The translations under genes were made by a program, and so were the position numbers. This document shows, piece by piece, positions 38,642 through 48,897 of a DNA stretch of 64,000 nucleotides. The notes beneath the pieces are model-generated. The model was not told the origin of the DNA and made no database searches. It worked only from the letters and a program-made list of their open reading frames with translations. The DNA is taken from assembly GCA_965222375.1 (NCBI GenBank), contig CBDCTZ010000011.1, positions 1-64,000 of the forward strand, read 5' to 3'. Source of the DNA: Polyangiaceae bacterium (GTDB taxonomy: Bacteria; Myxococcota_A; Polyangia; Polyangiales; Polyangiaceae). Position 1 is the stretch's first letter, and each line of letters opens with the position of its first letter.

Positions 38642-39347
38642 CGTTCTGCTTCCGCAGTTGCTGGTGCTGCCCGCTGATGACTTTGTCGCAGGGGCTGCCG
38701 AGCGCATCGCCGCAGAGCTCACGCGAGCGATTCGGACACGTGGCGAGTGTCGACTCGGGCTCGCCGGCGGTGGCACTCCACGCCCGATCTACGAAGCGCT
38801 CGCGGCGCGCGAAGATGTGGATTGGGGCAAAGTCTGCTTCTTTTTCAGTGACGAGCGCGCCGTGGGCCCCGAGGACGAGCAGAGTAACTTCCGTATGGTC
38901 CGCGACGTATTGTTCGAGCCCGTGGCTGTTGTCCAGAATCGAGTCTTCCGCATCGAAGGCGAACGCCCGCCACCCGAAGCTCGGGAAGCCTACGAAGTCG
39001 CTTTCGGCGAGCAGCCTCTCGATGTGCTGCTACTCGGCATGGGCGGGGATGGACACACGGCGTCGGTTTTCCCCGGAGCCGAGCTCAATCCTGCGTCGAC
39101 TCAGCGAGTCATCGTGACTGAAAGCCCGATTCCGCCTACAGCGCGGCTCTCGCTGTCCCTCCGCGCCATCAACGAAGCCGCTCAGGTCATTCTGCTCGTA
39201 TCCGGTGGGGCGAAAGCCACGCGCCTTGCAGAAGTGCACCGGCAGATGAGCGCCGGAGCGCCGGAACTCCCCGCTGCCCACGTTATCCCGCATAGCCGTC
39301 GCCTGCTCTGGATCGTCGACAGCGATGCGGCTGCGGCACTTCCCTGA
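38634..39347 (+). CDS. pgl: 6-phosphogluconolactonase
   Basis: LAGGGTP, DER, LLGMG.DGHTAS.FP; between zwf and gnd. Confidence 0.95.
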   Translation: MTDVLLPQLLVLPADDFVAGAAERIAAELTRAIRTRGECRLGLAGGGTPRPIYEALAAREDVDWGKVCFFFSDERAVGPEDEQSNFRMVRDVLFEPVAVVQNRVFRIEGERPPPEAREAYEVAFGEQPLDVLLLGMGGDGHTASVFPGAELNPASTQRVIVTESPIPPTARLSLSLRAINEAAQVILLVSGGAKATRLAEVHRQMSAGAPELPAAHVIPHSRRLLWIVDSDAAAALP

Positions 39348-39361
39348 GATAGAGAGATGAA

Positions 39362-40774
39362 ATGAACGACAAGAAACAGTTCGGAATGATCGGAATGGCG
39401 GTCATGGGTCGCAACCTGGCGTTCAACCTGCTCGATCACGGCACTAGCGTGGCGGCCTACAACCGCGACCCTGCGCTGACGGAAACCGCGGTTACCGAAA
39501 GTGGCGGCAAGCTGTTGGCCACCAAGAGTCTCGAAGAGCTCGTCGCTGCAGTGGAGCGGCCCCGCAAGATCATGATGATGATCAAAGCCGGCAAGCCCGT
39601 GGATAGCGTGCTCGGCCAGCTGCAACCACTTCTCGAACCCGGCGACATCGTGATCGACGGCGGAAACTCGTTTTTCGAAGACACACGCCGGCGTGAGAAG
39701 CTGTACGCGGATGCAGGGCTGAAGTTCTTCGGATCCGGCGTCTCTGGCGGGGAAGACGGCGCGCGTCACGGCCCGTCCTTGATGCCGGGGGGCGATCCGA
39801 AGGCATACGCGGAGTTGGAACCGATCTTCCAGGGCATCGCTGCCAAGACGGACTCGGGGCCTTGCGTGGCGCACTGTGGTCCGGACGGTGCGGGGCACTT
39901 CGTGAAGATGGTGCACAACGGCATCGAATACGCCGACATGCAGTTCATCGCGGAGGCCTACGACATCTTGTCTCGCGTCGGCGGACTCAGCCCGGGCGCG
40001 CTGGCGGAGGTGTTCGGCAAATGGAACGAAGGCCCCCTGGAGTCGTTCCTGATCGAGATCACCGCCCAGATCTTCGCCGTCAACGGTGCAGACGGCGCCC
40101 CTCTCGTCGACCAGGTGCTCGACAAGGCGGGCCAGAAGGGAACCGGTCGTTGGACCGCACAAGTGGCTCTGGAGCACGGGGTGCCCATTCCGAGCATCGC
40201 GGCGGCCATCGACGCACGAGTTCAGTCCAGCCGTAAGTCGGAGCGGGTGGCCGCGTCCAAGACGCTCGAGGGTCCCGCCCCGACTCGATACGACGGCGAC
40301 GTCGACGGCCTGGTGCAGCAAGTGCACGACGCTCTCTACGCTGCGAAGATCGCCGCCTATGCCCAAGGTATGGATCTGATTGCCCGAGTTGGGCGCGAGT
40401 ACGACTGGGGCGTGAACCTGGCCGAGATGGCCCGGATCTGGAAGGGCGGCTGCATCATTCGCGCGCGTTTCCTCGACACCATCATGACGGCCTTCAAACA
40501 GGATCCCAATCTGCCGAACTTGATGCTCGACGCGACCCTGCGGGATGGCCTGCAGAGTCGGCAGGTCACCTGGCGCAACGTGGTCGGCCTCGCGCAGCAG
40601 CATGGCATCCCCGTGGGCGGCCTGGCTTCAGGGCTGACCTATTGGGACAGCTACCGCACTGCTGTACTGCCCCAGAACCTCACCCAAGCGCAACGCGACG
40701 CCTTTGGCGCCCACACCTATCAGCGCCGCGACGATCCCGAAGGCCCCTTCGTGCACACAGACTGGCTCGACTGA
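39362..40774 (+). CDS. gnd: 6-phosphogluconate dehydrogenase, NADP-dependent decarboxylating
   Basis: GMAVMG, VSGGE, KMVHNGIEY, QKGTGRW, QAQRDAFGAHTY. Confidence 0.97.
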   Translation: MNDKKQFGMIGMAVMGRNLAFNLLDHGTSVAAYNRDPALTETAVTESGGKLLATKSLEELVAAVERPRKIMMMIKAGKPVDSVLGQLQPLLEPGDIVIDGGNSFFEDTRRREKLYADAGLKFFGSGVSGGEDGARHGPSLMPGGDPKAYAELEPIFQGIAAKTDSGPCVAHCGPDGAGHFVKMVHNGIEYADMQFIAEAYDILSRVGGLSPGALAEVFGKWNEGPLESFLIEITAQIFAVNGADGAPLVDQVLDKAGQKGTGRWTAQVALEHGVPIPSIAAAIDARVQSSRKSERVAASKTLEGPAPTRYDGDVDGLVQQVHDALYAAKIAAYAQGMDLIARVGREYDWGVNLAEMARIWKGGCIIRARFLDTIMTAFKQDPNLPNLMLDATLRDGLQSRQVTWRNVVGLAQQHGIPVGGLASGLTYWDSYRTAVLPQNLTQAQRDAFGAHTYQRRDDPEGPFVHTDWLD

Positions 40775-40804
40775 GCGCAAGCATCGAGGTCCTGCTATCG
40801 AGCG

Positions 40805-41128
40805 CTAACCCTCTGCGCTCGTCAAGCCGTGGTTCCTCGCGATGGAACCGATCTTGCTCACCAGCACCGGTACCTGACTGAAGGGCAGGTTGAACACGCG
40901 TGCGCACGAGTAGCGTTCGAGGAGGTAGGGCCCGTCGACGACTTCCGGGCCCAGAGCCGCAGCGATGGCAGCCTCGAATTCGGTGAAATCGAACTCGGCC
41001 ATTGCCGGGTGAGATCCCTCGTCTGCGAAGGCTGCAGTGATGTCACCGTACTTCACGCCCGCTTTGCGTCGCTTCGCGGTGGTGTCGTAGTCAGCGCTCC
41101 ACTTCCAAACCACCAGGTTGTAGCTCAC
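40805..41128 (-). CDS. Small hypothetical protein
   Basis: GTG start (SYNLVVWKW..), 107 aa. Confidence 0.65.
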   Translation of the reverse strand: MSYNLVVWKWSADYDTTAKRRKAGVKYGDITAAFADEGSHPAMAEFDFTEFEAAIAAALGPEVVDGPYLLERYSCARVFNLPFSQVPVLVSKIGSIARNHGLTSAEG

Positions 41129-41176
41129 CGCTCGTTCTCTAGCATGCTCCCCTTGCTTGGGCCGGCGGCGTAGTGG

Positions 41177-41230
41177 GGCCCAGAGTGGGAGTAGTGGCCC
41201 GGCTGGGCCTGGTGCTCGACCCCAACCCAA
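41177..41230 (-). repeat. Dispersed REP-like element, copy C
   Basis: Plus strand GGCCCAGAGTGGGAGTAGTGGCC-N17-CGACCCCAACCCAA. Confidence 0.7.
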
Positions 41231-41301
41231 ACACACACCAGCCAACTAGATGTCTGCCCGCGGATCTCGAACCTCGCGCTCGATTCGTTGGCGTGCTTGG
41301 C

Positions 41302-42273
41302 TCAGTCTTCGTCTTCGTCGTCGTATTCGCCGGCTTCTTCGGCCTCGAATTCGGCGGCGGCCTCGGCCTTGCCGGCCATGTAGGCGTCTTCCAGGGACTT
41401 GCCGCGGCGAATTTCGAGTAGGCCGGCGTCCATGTGAAAGAGGTAGGGCACGATGGTGGCGTTCAAGCTCGAGGCGGACCAGCTGCCGGAGCCGCGAGCA
41501 ACCAACGTCTTGCCCTCCCAGGTCATTTCGAGTTCCGGGTGGTTCGCTTCGAGTTGCGCCACGTCCACGGCCTTTTCGACGCTGAAGCGCATGACGAGCC
41601 CCTGCTCCGTGACGTCGGCCATGGAGCCGCTCTGGATGCAGCGGCCGCGCTCGATGAAGACCACGTGATCGCAGAGCGCTTCGAGCTCGAGCAGATTGTG
41701 GGAGCTGACCATGAGGGTGCGCTTGCCGCGATGCGAAGCGAATACGTCGCGCATGCGCACGACTAGTTCCGGGTCGAGACCGCTAGTGGGCTCGTCGAGC
41801 AACACGAGCTTGGGTGAGCCCAACAGCGCTTGTGCAATGGCGACGCGTCGCCGCATGCCGTGGGACAGCGTCTTGATTCGAGCGTCTGCGCGATCCTTGA
41901 GGGCGACTTCGTCCAGGCGCGCATCCACGTCTTTGATCGCGTCAGCCTTGGACAGACCCTGCAACCTTGCGTAGTGGGTCAGCAGCTGGCGCAGCGAGAC
42001 GTGGGGGCTGAGCTCGCAGTCCTGCGGCAGTACAGTCAGAAGACCTGGGTGCTTTTGCGGCGCGAGGGGGCCGCGACCCAAGATGCTCACGTCTCCGGCG
42101 TTGGCGCGAATCATCCCGCCTACGATTCCGAAGGTCGTGGTCTTGCCAGCGCCGTTGGGACCGATGAAACCGCAGATGACGCCCTCGGGCACCTCTAGGT
42201 CCAGCCCGTCGAGCGCCACGGTTCGCCCGTAGTTCTTGAACAGGCCGTCGATTTTTAGGGCTGCGGCGCTCAT
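41302..42273 (-). CDS. ABC transporter ATP-binding protein
   Basis: GPNGAGKTT, LSHGM, LLDEPT, SSH. Confidence 0.95.
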   Translation of the reverse strand: MSAAALKIDGLFKNYGRTVALDGLDLEVPEGVICGFIGPNGAGKTTTFGIVGGMIRANAGDVSILGRGPLAPQKHPGLLTVLPQDCELSPHVSLRQLLTHYARLQGLSKADAIKDVDARLDEVALKDRADARIKTLSHGMRRRVAIAQALLGSPKLVLLDEPTSGLDPELVVRMRDVFASHRGKRTLMVSSHNLLELEALCDHVVFIERGRCIQSGSMADVTEQGLVMRFSVEKAVDVAQLEANHPELEMTWEGKTLVARGSGSWSASSLNATIVPYLFHMDAGLLEIRRGKSLEDAYMAGKAEAAAEFEAEEAGEYDDEDED

Positions 42274-43157
42274 GCGTCCCTCGTCGAAAAGCGCCAGAAG
42301 CCCAGAAAGAAGAAGGTCAGGCCGATCGAGATCAGGCCGACCATTGCCGTCGTGCTCTCCAGTACGCCTGGGTGCCACAGATAAAGGTGGTGCCCGCTTG
42401 GGAATAGCTTGGCCAAGGCGCCGAAGACGGGCGGCGAGATGTCCACGATGGGTTCGAATTGGATCACGCTGCCGCCCAGAGACGCCATGAACATCAGCGC
42501 CAAGGCCAGGCCACCTGCACGGAAGCGCGTGCGCGTCAACTGAGACGCACACATCGCCATGCCCAGATAGGAAAAGCTGTAGACGATGGTGCGGCCCGAG
42601 ATGCGCAATAGCCAAAGCGCGGTTTGGCCCACGCGCATGTCGTCGAGGAAGACGAGCCCCATCAACCAGCAACCAATGGCGCCTACGAGCACGCCCACCG
42701 CCATCAGGCAGGTTTGGCCAATCAGTTTGCCCAGCGCCCAGCTGATGCGATCCGTGCGGAACAACGAGTAGCGAACCGCGCCGCTGCTGAGATCTCCACT
42801 GATCGCGTCAGCGGAAGTGAACAGCACCAGCAGGGGCACGAAGTTCATCGCCAACCAGCCGTAGAAGAGTGCCATGGGTGGAATGGCGACGATGGCCTCC
42901 GCGACTTGTTCGTCCCCCGCCAAAGCTCCGACCAAGCGCCCCATGCCCGGGCTCTCCATCAGCTGCTTCACGTCGACCGATTGACCGACTTGCTCTTCGA
43001 GGCGCTCTTGAATCGCGGTGAGCACGCGAATGAAGATCCCCGAAGCTCCCAGCGCACCCGCGAAGTAGAGGGCGAACAGCACGATGGCTCTGCGCGACTT
43101 GAGCGACTCCACCAGGTCGAAGGCGGCCACGAGGCGGATACTCTGGGCGTGGGTCAT
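42270..43157 (-). CDS. ABC-2 type permease
   Basis: About 6 TM segments; ATGA-coupled to the ATPase. Confidence 0.85.
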   Translation of the reverse strand: MTHAQSIRLVAAFDLVESLKSRRAIVLFALYFAGALGASGIFIRVLTAIQERLEEQVGQSVDVKQLMESPGMGRLVGALAGDEQVAEAIVAIPPMALFYGWLAMNFVPLLVLFTSADAISGDLSSGAVRYSLFRTDRISWALGKLIGQTCLMAVGVLVGAIGCWLMGLVFLDDMRVGQTALWLLRISGRTIVYSFSYLGMAMCASQLTRTRFRAGGLALALMFMASLGGSVIQFEPIVDISPPVFGALAKLFPSGHHLYLWHPGVLESTTAMVGLISIGLTFFFLGFWRFSTRDA

Positions 43158-43307
43158 GGGGAGGGGCGCGGGGTTGCGGGTCGGAGCGGCAGCTCTAGAC
43201 TTGTTGGTACAAGGAGTGAAGGCGCAGTGTTTCGGCTAGTTATGGCGCAGTGTTAAGAAGTGTTTGGGGGGCGTGCGCTCTGGTGAAACCGCCTTAGACT
43301 GAAATAC

Positions 43308-44216
43308 ATGAAGAGCCAAGCAAAGGAACGAACAAGCCTGCATCGTCGCGTCGCATTTGCCGCCGCCGGCGCCCTTGCCCTCTCCGGGGCGGTCGCCTGC
43401 GCCGCCAATGTGGACGAGAAACCGAAAGAGCAGGAGGTCGCTGCCAAAGACCTCTCCGCTGACCAGTCCGCGAGAGCCCATCGCCACTACCGCAGCCCCG
43501 TCAACATCATCATCGACGCGGCCCGGGCCAAGGCTGACCTGACTCCCGCCCAGGCGAGCAGCCTGACGACCATCGAGGCGGAGCTGAGGCTCGACCACGA
43601 GAGCAAGCGTGAGCTCGGTAAGCGACTCAAGAAGTCGGCTATCGCGGTTGTGCGTTCGGGTGACACCAACTCGAAGGATTTCGAGCAGAGCGTCAGCGAA
43701 GCGCTCAGCGCCATGGAAGAGCGCATGCAGCAGAAGGTCGACGCCGCTGAAGAAATCCACGGCACCCTCGACGAAAGTCAGCGAGCAGCGGTCGCCACGG
43801 TGCTGCGCGCCGAGATCGACAAGAAGTTCGGCCCGCGCCCAGAAGCTGACAAGCGCCGCAAGGACGGAATCAAGAAGTTCACGGCGCAGCTGATGCTTTC
43901 GACTTTTCAGGTCGACAAGCTCAAGGCGATCAAGAAAGAGATGATGGGCGAGAAGGAGCGACTGCGTCCGACTCGTGCCGAGTTGAACCAGCTCGTCGAC
44001 GCCTTCGAGGGCGAAGACTTCCGCACCGCCCTCAACGCCTATCACGCCAAGAAGGTCAAGGTGCTCCGACAGCACTTCGCCGACGCCGGTCAGCGCACTG
44101 ACACGATTCTGTCCGTGTTCACACCGGAGCAGCGCGCTCTGATGGCTGACATGATCCAAGAAGGCCCGAAGAAGGTCATGCTTGGCGAAAAGGTGCAGCC
44201 CGCCATCGAAAAGTAA
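43308..44216 (+). CDS. Spy/CpxP-like (LTXXQ) periplasmic lipoprotein
   Basis: LTPAQ, LDESQR, LSTFQ, FTPEQR motifs; AVAC lipobox. Confidence 0.65.
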   Translation: MKSQAKERTSLHRRVAFAAAGALALSGAVACAANVDEKPKEQEVAAKDLSADQSARAHRHYRSPVNIIIDAARAKADLTPAQASSLTTIEAELRLDHESKRELGKRLKKSAIAVVRSGDTNSKDFEQSVSEALSAMEERMQQKVDAAEEIHGTLDESQRAAVATVLRAEIDKKFGPRPEADKRRKDGIKKFTAQLMLSTFQVDKLKAIKKEMMGEKERLRPTRAELNQLVDAFEGEDFRTALNAYHAKKVKVLRQHFADAGQRTDTILSVFTPEQRALMADMIQEGPKKVMLGEKVQPAIEK

Positions 44217-44235
44217 CCGCGAGCTCCACCCGCCG

Positions 44236-44274
44236 CTGCCCGGCTCCTCCGTAGGAGTCGGGCAGTTTGCTTTT
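44236..44274 (+). terminator. Intrinsic terminator
   Basis: CTGCCCGGCTCCT-CCGT-AGGAGTCGGGCAG followed by TTTGCTTTT. Confidence 0.8.
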
Positions 44275-44321
44275 GTGCTTCGAGCGCTGCGTTTTTAGCC
44301 GGCTCGGCTAGCATGGGGCGC

Positions 44322-44969
44322 ATGGCCAAGCGGCAAAAGGCGCGGGACGTTGCGCAAGATCGCGGATCCGGCGAGTTCTGGATCGACCACGCCAAGATCG
44401 TGGATGGCGACTTGGAGTGGCTTCGCAGCGCCGAGCGATTGACGCTGTGGAACGTGCAAGCCCCCGAGGGCTTCCTCTCGAAGCTCGACAAGCTCTGGTG
44501 GCTGGACCTGCGTGGAGGCACCGGTGAAGATCTGGCCGTTGCAGAGGGTTGCAAGAAGCTCCGCTACTTCCGTGTCAACCAAGTGCGGGGCATGAAGGAT
44601 CTCAGCCTGGTGACCAGCTTCAAGACGCTTCAGCTCCTCGACCTCTACGGTCTTGCCAAAGTCGAGTCCGCGCCGTCTCTGCGTGGGCTCAAGAAGCTGT
44701 TGCGGTTGGAAATCGGTCAGATGCGCGGCCTCGAAACACTAGGCGGACTGTTGGACGCGCCGAAGCTCGAGGAGCTTTTCGTCTCGAAGTCCGTCGGCAT
44801 CACGGAAAAGGACGTCAAGCGCATCAACGCGCACCGCTGCCTGAAACAATTCGAGTGGTACGCCGTAGACGTGCCCTCGAAGCTGTCCCGCCCAGTTGTC
44901 GAGGCCGTCAAGCTACCCCGAGCGCAGTCGATGCATGCCATCGAATGGTTCGAGTCTCGGGGGTTGTAG
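44322..44969 (+). CDS. Leucine-rich repeat protein
   Basis: Repeated LxxLxL (LWWLDL, LQLLDL, LLRLEI, LEELFV). Confidence 0.8.
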   Translation: MAKRQKARDVAQDRGSGEFWIDHAKIVDGDLEWLRSAERLTLWNVQAPEGFLSKLDKLWWLDLRGGTGEDLAVAEGCKKLRYFRVNQVRGMKDLSLVTSFKTLQLLDLYGLAKVESAPSLRGLKKLLRLEIGQMRGLETLGGLLDAPKLEELFVSKSVGITEKDVKRINAHRCLKQFEWYAVDVPSKLSRPVVEAVKLPRAQSMHAIEWFESRGL

Positions 44970-45016
44970 GGGTCGGTTCAGTAGGCCCAGTCGGGCCACT
45001 ACTCTCGTGCGAGGCC
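44969..45016 (+). repeat. Dispersed REP-like element, copy D
   Basis: GGGGTCG-N18-GGCCACTACTCTCGTGCGAGGCC. Confidence 0.7.
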
Positions 45017-45028
45017 AAGGTAGGCCAG

Positions 45029-45700
45029 TCAATTCGGTGCTGGCGTCGGCTTCGGCACCAGGGGCGCGTCATCGGCCGGTGGATGACTCGTTGGTGGCGG
45101 GGGTTCTGGGCCGGGCTCGGTCACGAGGGGCGCGCCGCCTAGCTGCTCTTCGTCTTCTTGCGCGCGCTCATACTCTTGTGGGTCCACCGCAGGCTCGTGG
45201 CGGCGCCTTGGCTCGGCGGACCAAATGTTGATCGGGAATTTCAGGAGCAACCCGACCTCACCATAGACTTCGGTTTCATCGCCGCTGAGGATCCATCCGT
45301 GGCCGCCGTAGAGGTGGATGGCCGCCATTGAGAGCAGGAATCGCCCGCGTACTCCGCTCCAATCCGTGTCGCCGTAGCTGCGCACGTAGCCGAGGTCCAG
45401 TCCGAAAATGGTCACGCCGAACTCGGCGCCGGCGCTCCAGCGTGTCGTGTCCGAGCCGAAGTCACGAAGCAGGTCCGTGTACACGCCAGCCCATTTGGCG
45501 CTCCGGTCCAGGTAGACGAGACTGGCTTCCGCACCGATTAGAAATCCGTTCGACACATGCGCCGGATTGATCGCGTAGCCCGTGTTGATGCCAATTGGAA
45601 GCCACAGCGAGTTCTCGATCTTGGGGCCGGCGTCCGCCAAGGCTGTGCTTGGTGCACAGGCAGCGACCAGGGCTAGGGATGCTAGGAAGCGTTTGGTCAT
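45029..45700 (-). CDS. Secreted, probable beta-barrel hypothetical protein
   Basis: Signal peptide ALA-D, amphipathic strands, Pro-rich tail. Confidence 0.65.
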   Translation of the reverse strand: MTKRFLASLALVAACAPSTALADAGPKIENSLWLPIGINTGYAINPAHVSNGFLIGAEASLVYLDRSAKWAGVYTDLLRDFGSDTTRWSAGAEFGVTIFGLDLGYVRSYGDTDWSGVRGRFLLSMAAIHLYGGHGWILSGDETEVYGEVGLLLKFPINIWSAEPRRRHEPAVDPQEYERAQEDEEQLGGAPLVTEPGPEPPPPTSHPPADDAPLVPKPTPAPN

Positions 45701-46341
45701 AGAAACTCTAGCCTAATACCTTCCAAGGGTTCCACGTCTCGTAGTCTGACTGCCGTGCGCTTGCGCCCGCGAACGAGCATGCGCCTGCCCTCGACCGAAA
45801 GCGCCGCGACTCGCGCATGGGGGTCCTCCAAAACGACGATGAGGCTCCGGATGGGCCCACGCCAATAGGCGCCACTCTTGAGAACGTAACCGAAGTCGCC
45901 AGTTCCGGGCTGAGTGTAGCGCACGGAGAGCCAACCGCCGTGACGCTCGAGGGCTTTTCCGTCCAGCCAGATGTCCCAGTGGGCAACGGCGCTTCCCATG
46001 GGTAGTTGGCCAGCGTCGCCGGGAGCCACGGCGAGCGGGCAGGGGCCTCGCCCTGGCAGTGTCGCACGGAAACCACGGGTGGTCTTTCGTGGGCCGCCGA
46101 TGGGGAATGTTGCAATGCGGTTGCGCGGTGCAGATTCGGAGACGAAGCGAAATAGGGCGTGCACGCGGACGCTCCCGCTTCGTTCCACCCGCAGTGTGAG
46201 CACTTCGCGCTCGAGGGTTAGCCCGCGGTCCTCCACGTAGGGGTAGCGAGGCACCATGCCGAGCCCGCTGCTAGCGCAGCCTGTCGAAAGGGCAACGCTC
46301 GCAATTAGGAGCGCACTTTTGAGAATTCTATCGGCGATCAC
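45697..46341 (-). CDS. Hypothetical lipoprotein (DUF4424-like)
   Basis: LEREVL, F.YVL.SGA.W.GPI motif; STGC lipobox; start approximate. Confidence 0.6.
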   Translation of the reverse strand: MIADRILKSALLIASVALSTGCASSGLGMVPRYPYVEDRGLTLEREVLTLRVERSGSVRVHALFRFVSESAPRNRIATFPIGGPRKTTRGFRATLPGRGPCPLAVAPGDAGQLPMGSAVAHWDIWLDGKALERHGGWLSVRYTQPGTGDFGYVLKSGAYWRGPIRSLIVVLEDPHARVAALSVEGRRMLVRGRKRTAVRLRDVEPLEGIRLEFL

Positions 46342-46480
46342 GCCACTCTAGCCCATGGTCAGTCCTGGCGGACAGTGTGATTGACTTGGCATGAAACTCG
46401 GCTGCACCAAAAAGGAAATGCCGCGTGACGCCAAACGACGATCATGCTTTCAACAGGGGCCCAGTGGTCGGGAGGGAATC

Positions 46481-46930
46481 ATGCGAACAACAGTTATCGG
46501 GTCTCTGGTCGTCTTGGTCGCCGCGCTTGTCGCCTGCAAGCAAGGCGGCGATTCGTCGCCGGCACCGAGTGCGATGGCGGCACCGGCAGAGCAGAACGAC
46601 CCGCGCTACACGCTGCGTTTCGGAGTGCCGAAGTCGGAAACGGATCCCGAAATCGATCGCTTCCCGGAGAAGCTCTCGACCGGGCACATTGGCTACAAGC
46701 TCACGACCTCGGAAGACCAATTTCCCGCCGACAAGATCCGCAACACCATGTACATGATCAACGGTGGCGAGCGACAGCAACTCACCCGTAGCGAAAGTGA
46801 CATCAGCGGCGACCTCAACGTCTTCTACAAGACTTGGAAGCTGCCCACGGCGGGTACCTACGAGGTGCTGATCGAGGACGTTGCCACCGGCAAGACCATC
46901 GCGGTCGGACGCTTTCGCGTTGAAGAGTAG
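46481..46930 (+). CDS. Hypothetical lipoprotein
   Basis: GGAGG RBS, LVAC lipobox. Confidence 0.75.
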   Translation: MRTTVIGSLVVLVAALVACKQGGDSSPAPSAMAAPAEQNDPRYTLRFGVPKSETDPEIDRFPEKLSTGHIGYKLTTSEDQFPADKIRNTMYMINGGERQQLTRSESDISGDLNVFYKTWKLPTAGTYEVLIEDVATGKTIAVGRFRVEE

Positions 46931-46958
46931 GCCGCCTCAGCCCGACGCTCCGGCCGCT

Positions 46959-47417
46959 TCACGGTTTCGCGAACTCTACGAGCGTGTGGTCTTCGCCTCG
47001 GAGTTCTTCGCTGATGATCTTTGAGATGACGTCCCAGTCACCACCACCTAGTCCGGCTCCGATTCGTGGATAGCCGATGCGCTTGCCCGCGAACTGTGTC
47101 TTGATGGCTCGCACCGCGGAGCGAATGGCGTCGTAGTCCACGCGGACACCCGCGCCGCGGTAGTGGAGCTGGGTGTACGCGTTCACGACCGTCAAGGTGC
47201 GACCCTCGCGTTCGACTTCGGCGAGGGAAATCGTGCCGAGCTTCTGCGGGTCGCCCTTCTTGGTCTGCGCGTCCGCGGCGAAGGCTTTCGGAAAGATCTG
47301 TTTGATGATCTTTGCGATACCTGCGCCCATGGTGCACTGACAATTAGCGCCGTGCACGATCACGTCGAAGTGTCCGTCGAGCGCCAGTTGGATGAGATCG
47401 CCTTTTATCACGCGCAT
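46959..47417 (-). CDS. Macro domain protein (ADP-ribose processing)
   Basis: GDL, HGANC..MGAGIA, PRIGAGLGGGDW. Confidence 0.9.
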   Translation of the reverse strand: MRVIKGDLIQLALDGHFDVIVHGANCQCTMGAGIAKIIKQIFPKAFAADAQTKKGDPQKLGTISLAEVEREGRTLTVVNAYTQLHYRGAGVRVDYDAIRSAVRAIKTQFAGKRIGYPRIGAGLGGGDWDVISKIISEELRGEDHTLVEFAKP

Positions 47418-48040
47418 GTTGGACGAACTGTCGCATCGCTTTTCGAGAAAGGGTCCTCGCCGTACTTGAAGGCGCGCAGCCACACGTCGGCGAAGGCAGG
47501 AGGGTACACCTTCAGTTTCAGCAGCAGCTTATGCGTGAAGTCCACAGCGCCCAGGCCGCTGGCCGTGATCAGGTTGCCGCCGTCAACCGCCAGATCTTCT
47601 TTGTAGCGCGACTGACCTTGGTAATTCGGTGCCCGCTGCTTCAGAAAGGCGCCGGCATTGCTTGTGTGATCTACGTCGTCGAGCAGGCCGAGGCCAGCCA
47701 GGTAGCCGGTTGCCGCGCAGATCGCGCCGATGACCCGATTGGCCTTGGAGACTTTCGCAACCAGGGCATCCAGCTCGGCGCTGTCGAAACCGTTCCAGAA
47801 TGTTCCCCCTGGCAAGATCAGAGCCTCGAGACTATCGAGATCTACATCGGCGAGAGCCACCTCCGGCGTCACCTGCAGTCCGCCCATGGAGACGACGCTC
47901 TTGGTGGTGAGCCCGAAGCTCGTGACCCGCTTCAGCGTTTTCTCGATGGCGGGCGCCGGCGGAGGAGTCCTGAGCTCGGGCAGGATGTAACCCAGTTCCC
48001 AGTCCGAGTAACCTTCGTGCAGGAATGCGTAGACGGTCAT
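47408..48040 (-). CDS. DJ-1/PfpI family protein
   Basis: YSDWE, LILPGG, GAICAA, HTSN, LITASG. Confidence 0.9.
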   Translation of the reverse strand: MTVYAFLHEGYSDWELGYILPELRTPPPAPAIEKTLKRVTSFGLTTKSVVSMGGLQVTPEVALADVDLDSLEALILPGGTFWNGFDSAELDALVAKVSKANRVIGAICAATGYLAGLGLLDDVDHTSNAGAFLKQRAPNYQGQSRYKEDLAVDGGNLITASGLGAVDFTHKLLLKLKVYPPAFADVWLRAFKYGEDPFSKSDATVRPTCA

Positions 48041-48117
48041 GTCGTTCCTCCATGTGCCACGAAACACGCGCGGTGGCGTCGACGCGCTCGGGCAAGCCGG
48101 CCGCCCGAGCGGCGATC

Positions 48118-48807
48118 CTAGAGCTTGCGCCAGGCCAGCGCGAAGGAAATCGGCCATCCGAGGTGGCGCTGCCAACTCGACTTGTTGGCCAGGAATGCTT
48201 CATCGACGAGCCGCTCGTGCATGTCGACGAGGGTCCAGCCCGCCGCGATGCCCGCGCGGACGTGATCGCTCGTCAAATGCAGGTGCGTCTCGATAGCGAC
48301 CGGTTCGCCGCTCTTGCGGTCGAAGTGGGTCGGGATCCCACGTAGCATGAAGCAGGGGTGATAGCCCGCGATGACGAGCCAGCCCTGTGTCCGGCAAATC
48401 CGCGCTGCTTCCGCATACAACGGGCCTAGTTCTCGCAGGTGCTCACATGCCAAAGACTGAATGACGAGATCGTAGCTTGCATCCTCGAGGGGGGTGGCGC
48501 GCAGATCACCCTCCATCAACTTGCGGTAGCAGCCCTTGGACTCTGCTTGTTCCAGCATCGCCGGTGTCAAGTCGATGCCATCGATGCCTTGGGCCCCGCG
48601 TGCAGCCAGCCAAGTGCCGATGCGGCCCGTGCCACACGCCAAGTCGGCTACGGCGCGCAGCCCGGACCAGTCGAGCTTCAGCCGCTCCAGTAGACGGCAG
48701 TCCATTTCGTCGAGCAGCGCGCTTTCGTACCGTTCGGCCCACTCGCCGTAACCGTCCTGCACGCCCAGCATTGGGTAGTGACGCGTGTCGTACTTCGAGA
48801 ACTCCAT
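48118..48807 (-). CDS. Class I SAM-dependent methyltransferase
   Basis: DLACGTG, GIDLTPAML. Confidence 0.9.
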   Translation of the reverse strand: MEFSKYDTRHYPMLGVQDGYGEWAERYESALLDEMDCRLLERLKLDWSGLRAVADLACGTGRIGTWLAARGAQGIDGIDLTPAMLEQAESKGCYRKLMEGDLRATPLEDASYDLVIQSLACEHLRELGPLYAEAARICRTQGWLVIAGYHPCFMLRGIPTHFDRKSGEPVAIETHLHLTSDHVRAGIAAGWTLVDMHERLVDEAFLANKSSWQRHLGWPISFALAWRKL

Positions 48808-48897
48808 GGCTCGCGCAGGTTCTCCTCTAGCCTTGCGGAAAGCAACACCCCCGAGTTTCATAGCGCTTGGGGCTGGGGGCGTGCGACAATGGTCCTC

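Noticed and set aside
39182..40603. Long antisense ORFs (e.g. 473 aa opposite gnd, 455 aa at 4770-6137, 397 aa at 60948-62141)
   Set aside because: Shadow ORFs expected from high-GC codon bias opposite well-supported genes.
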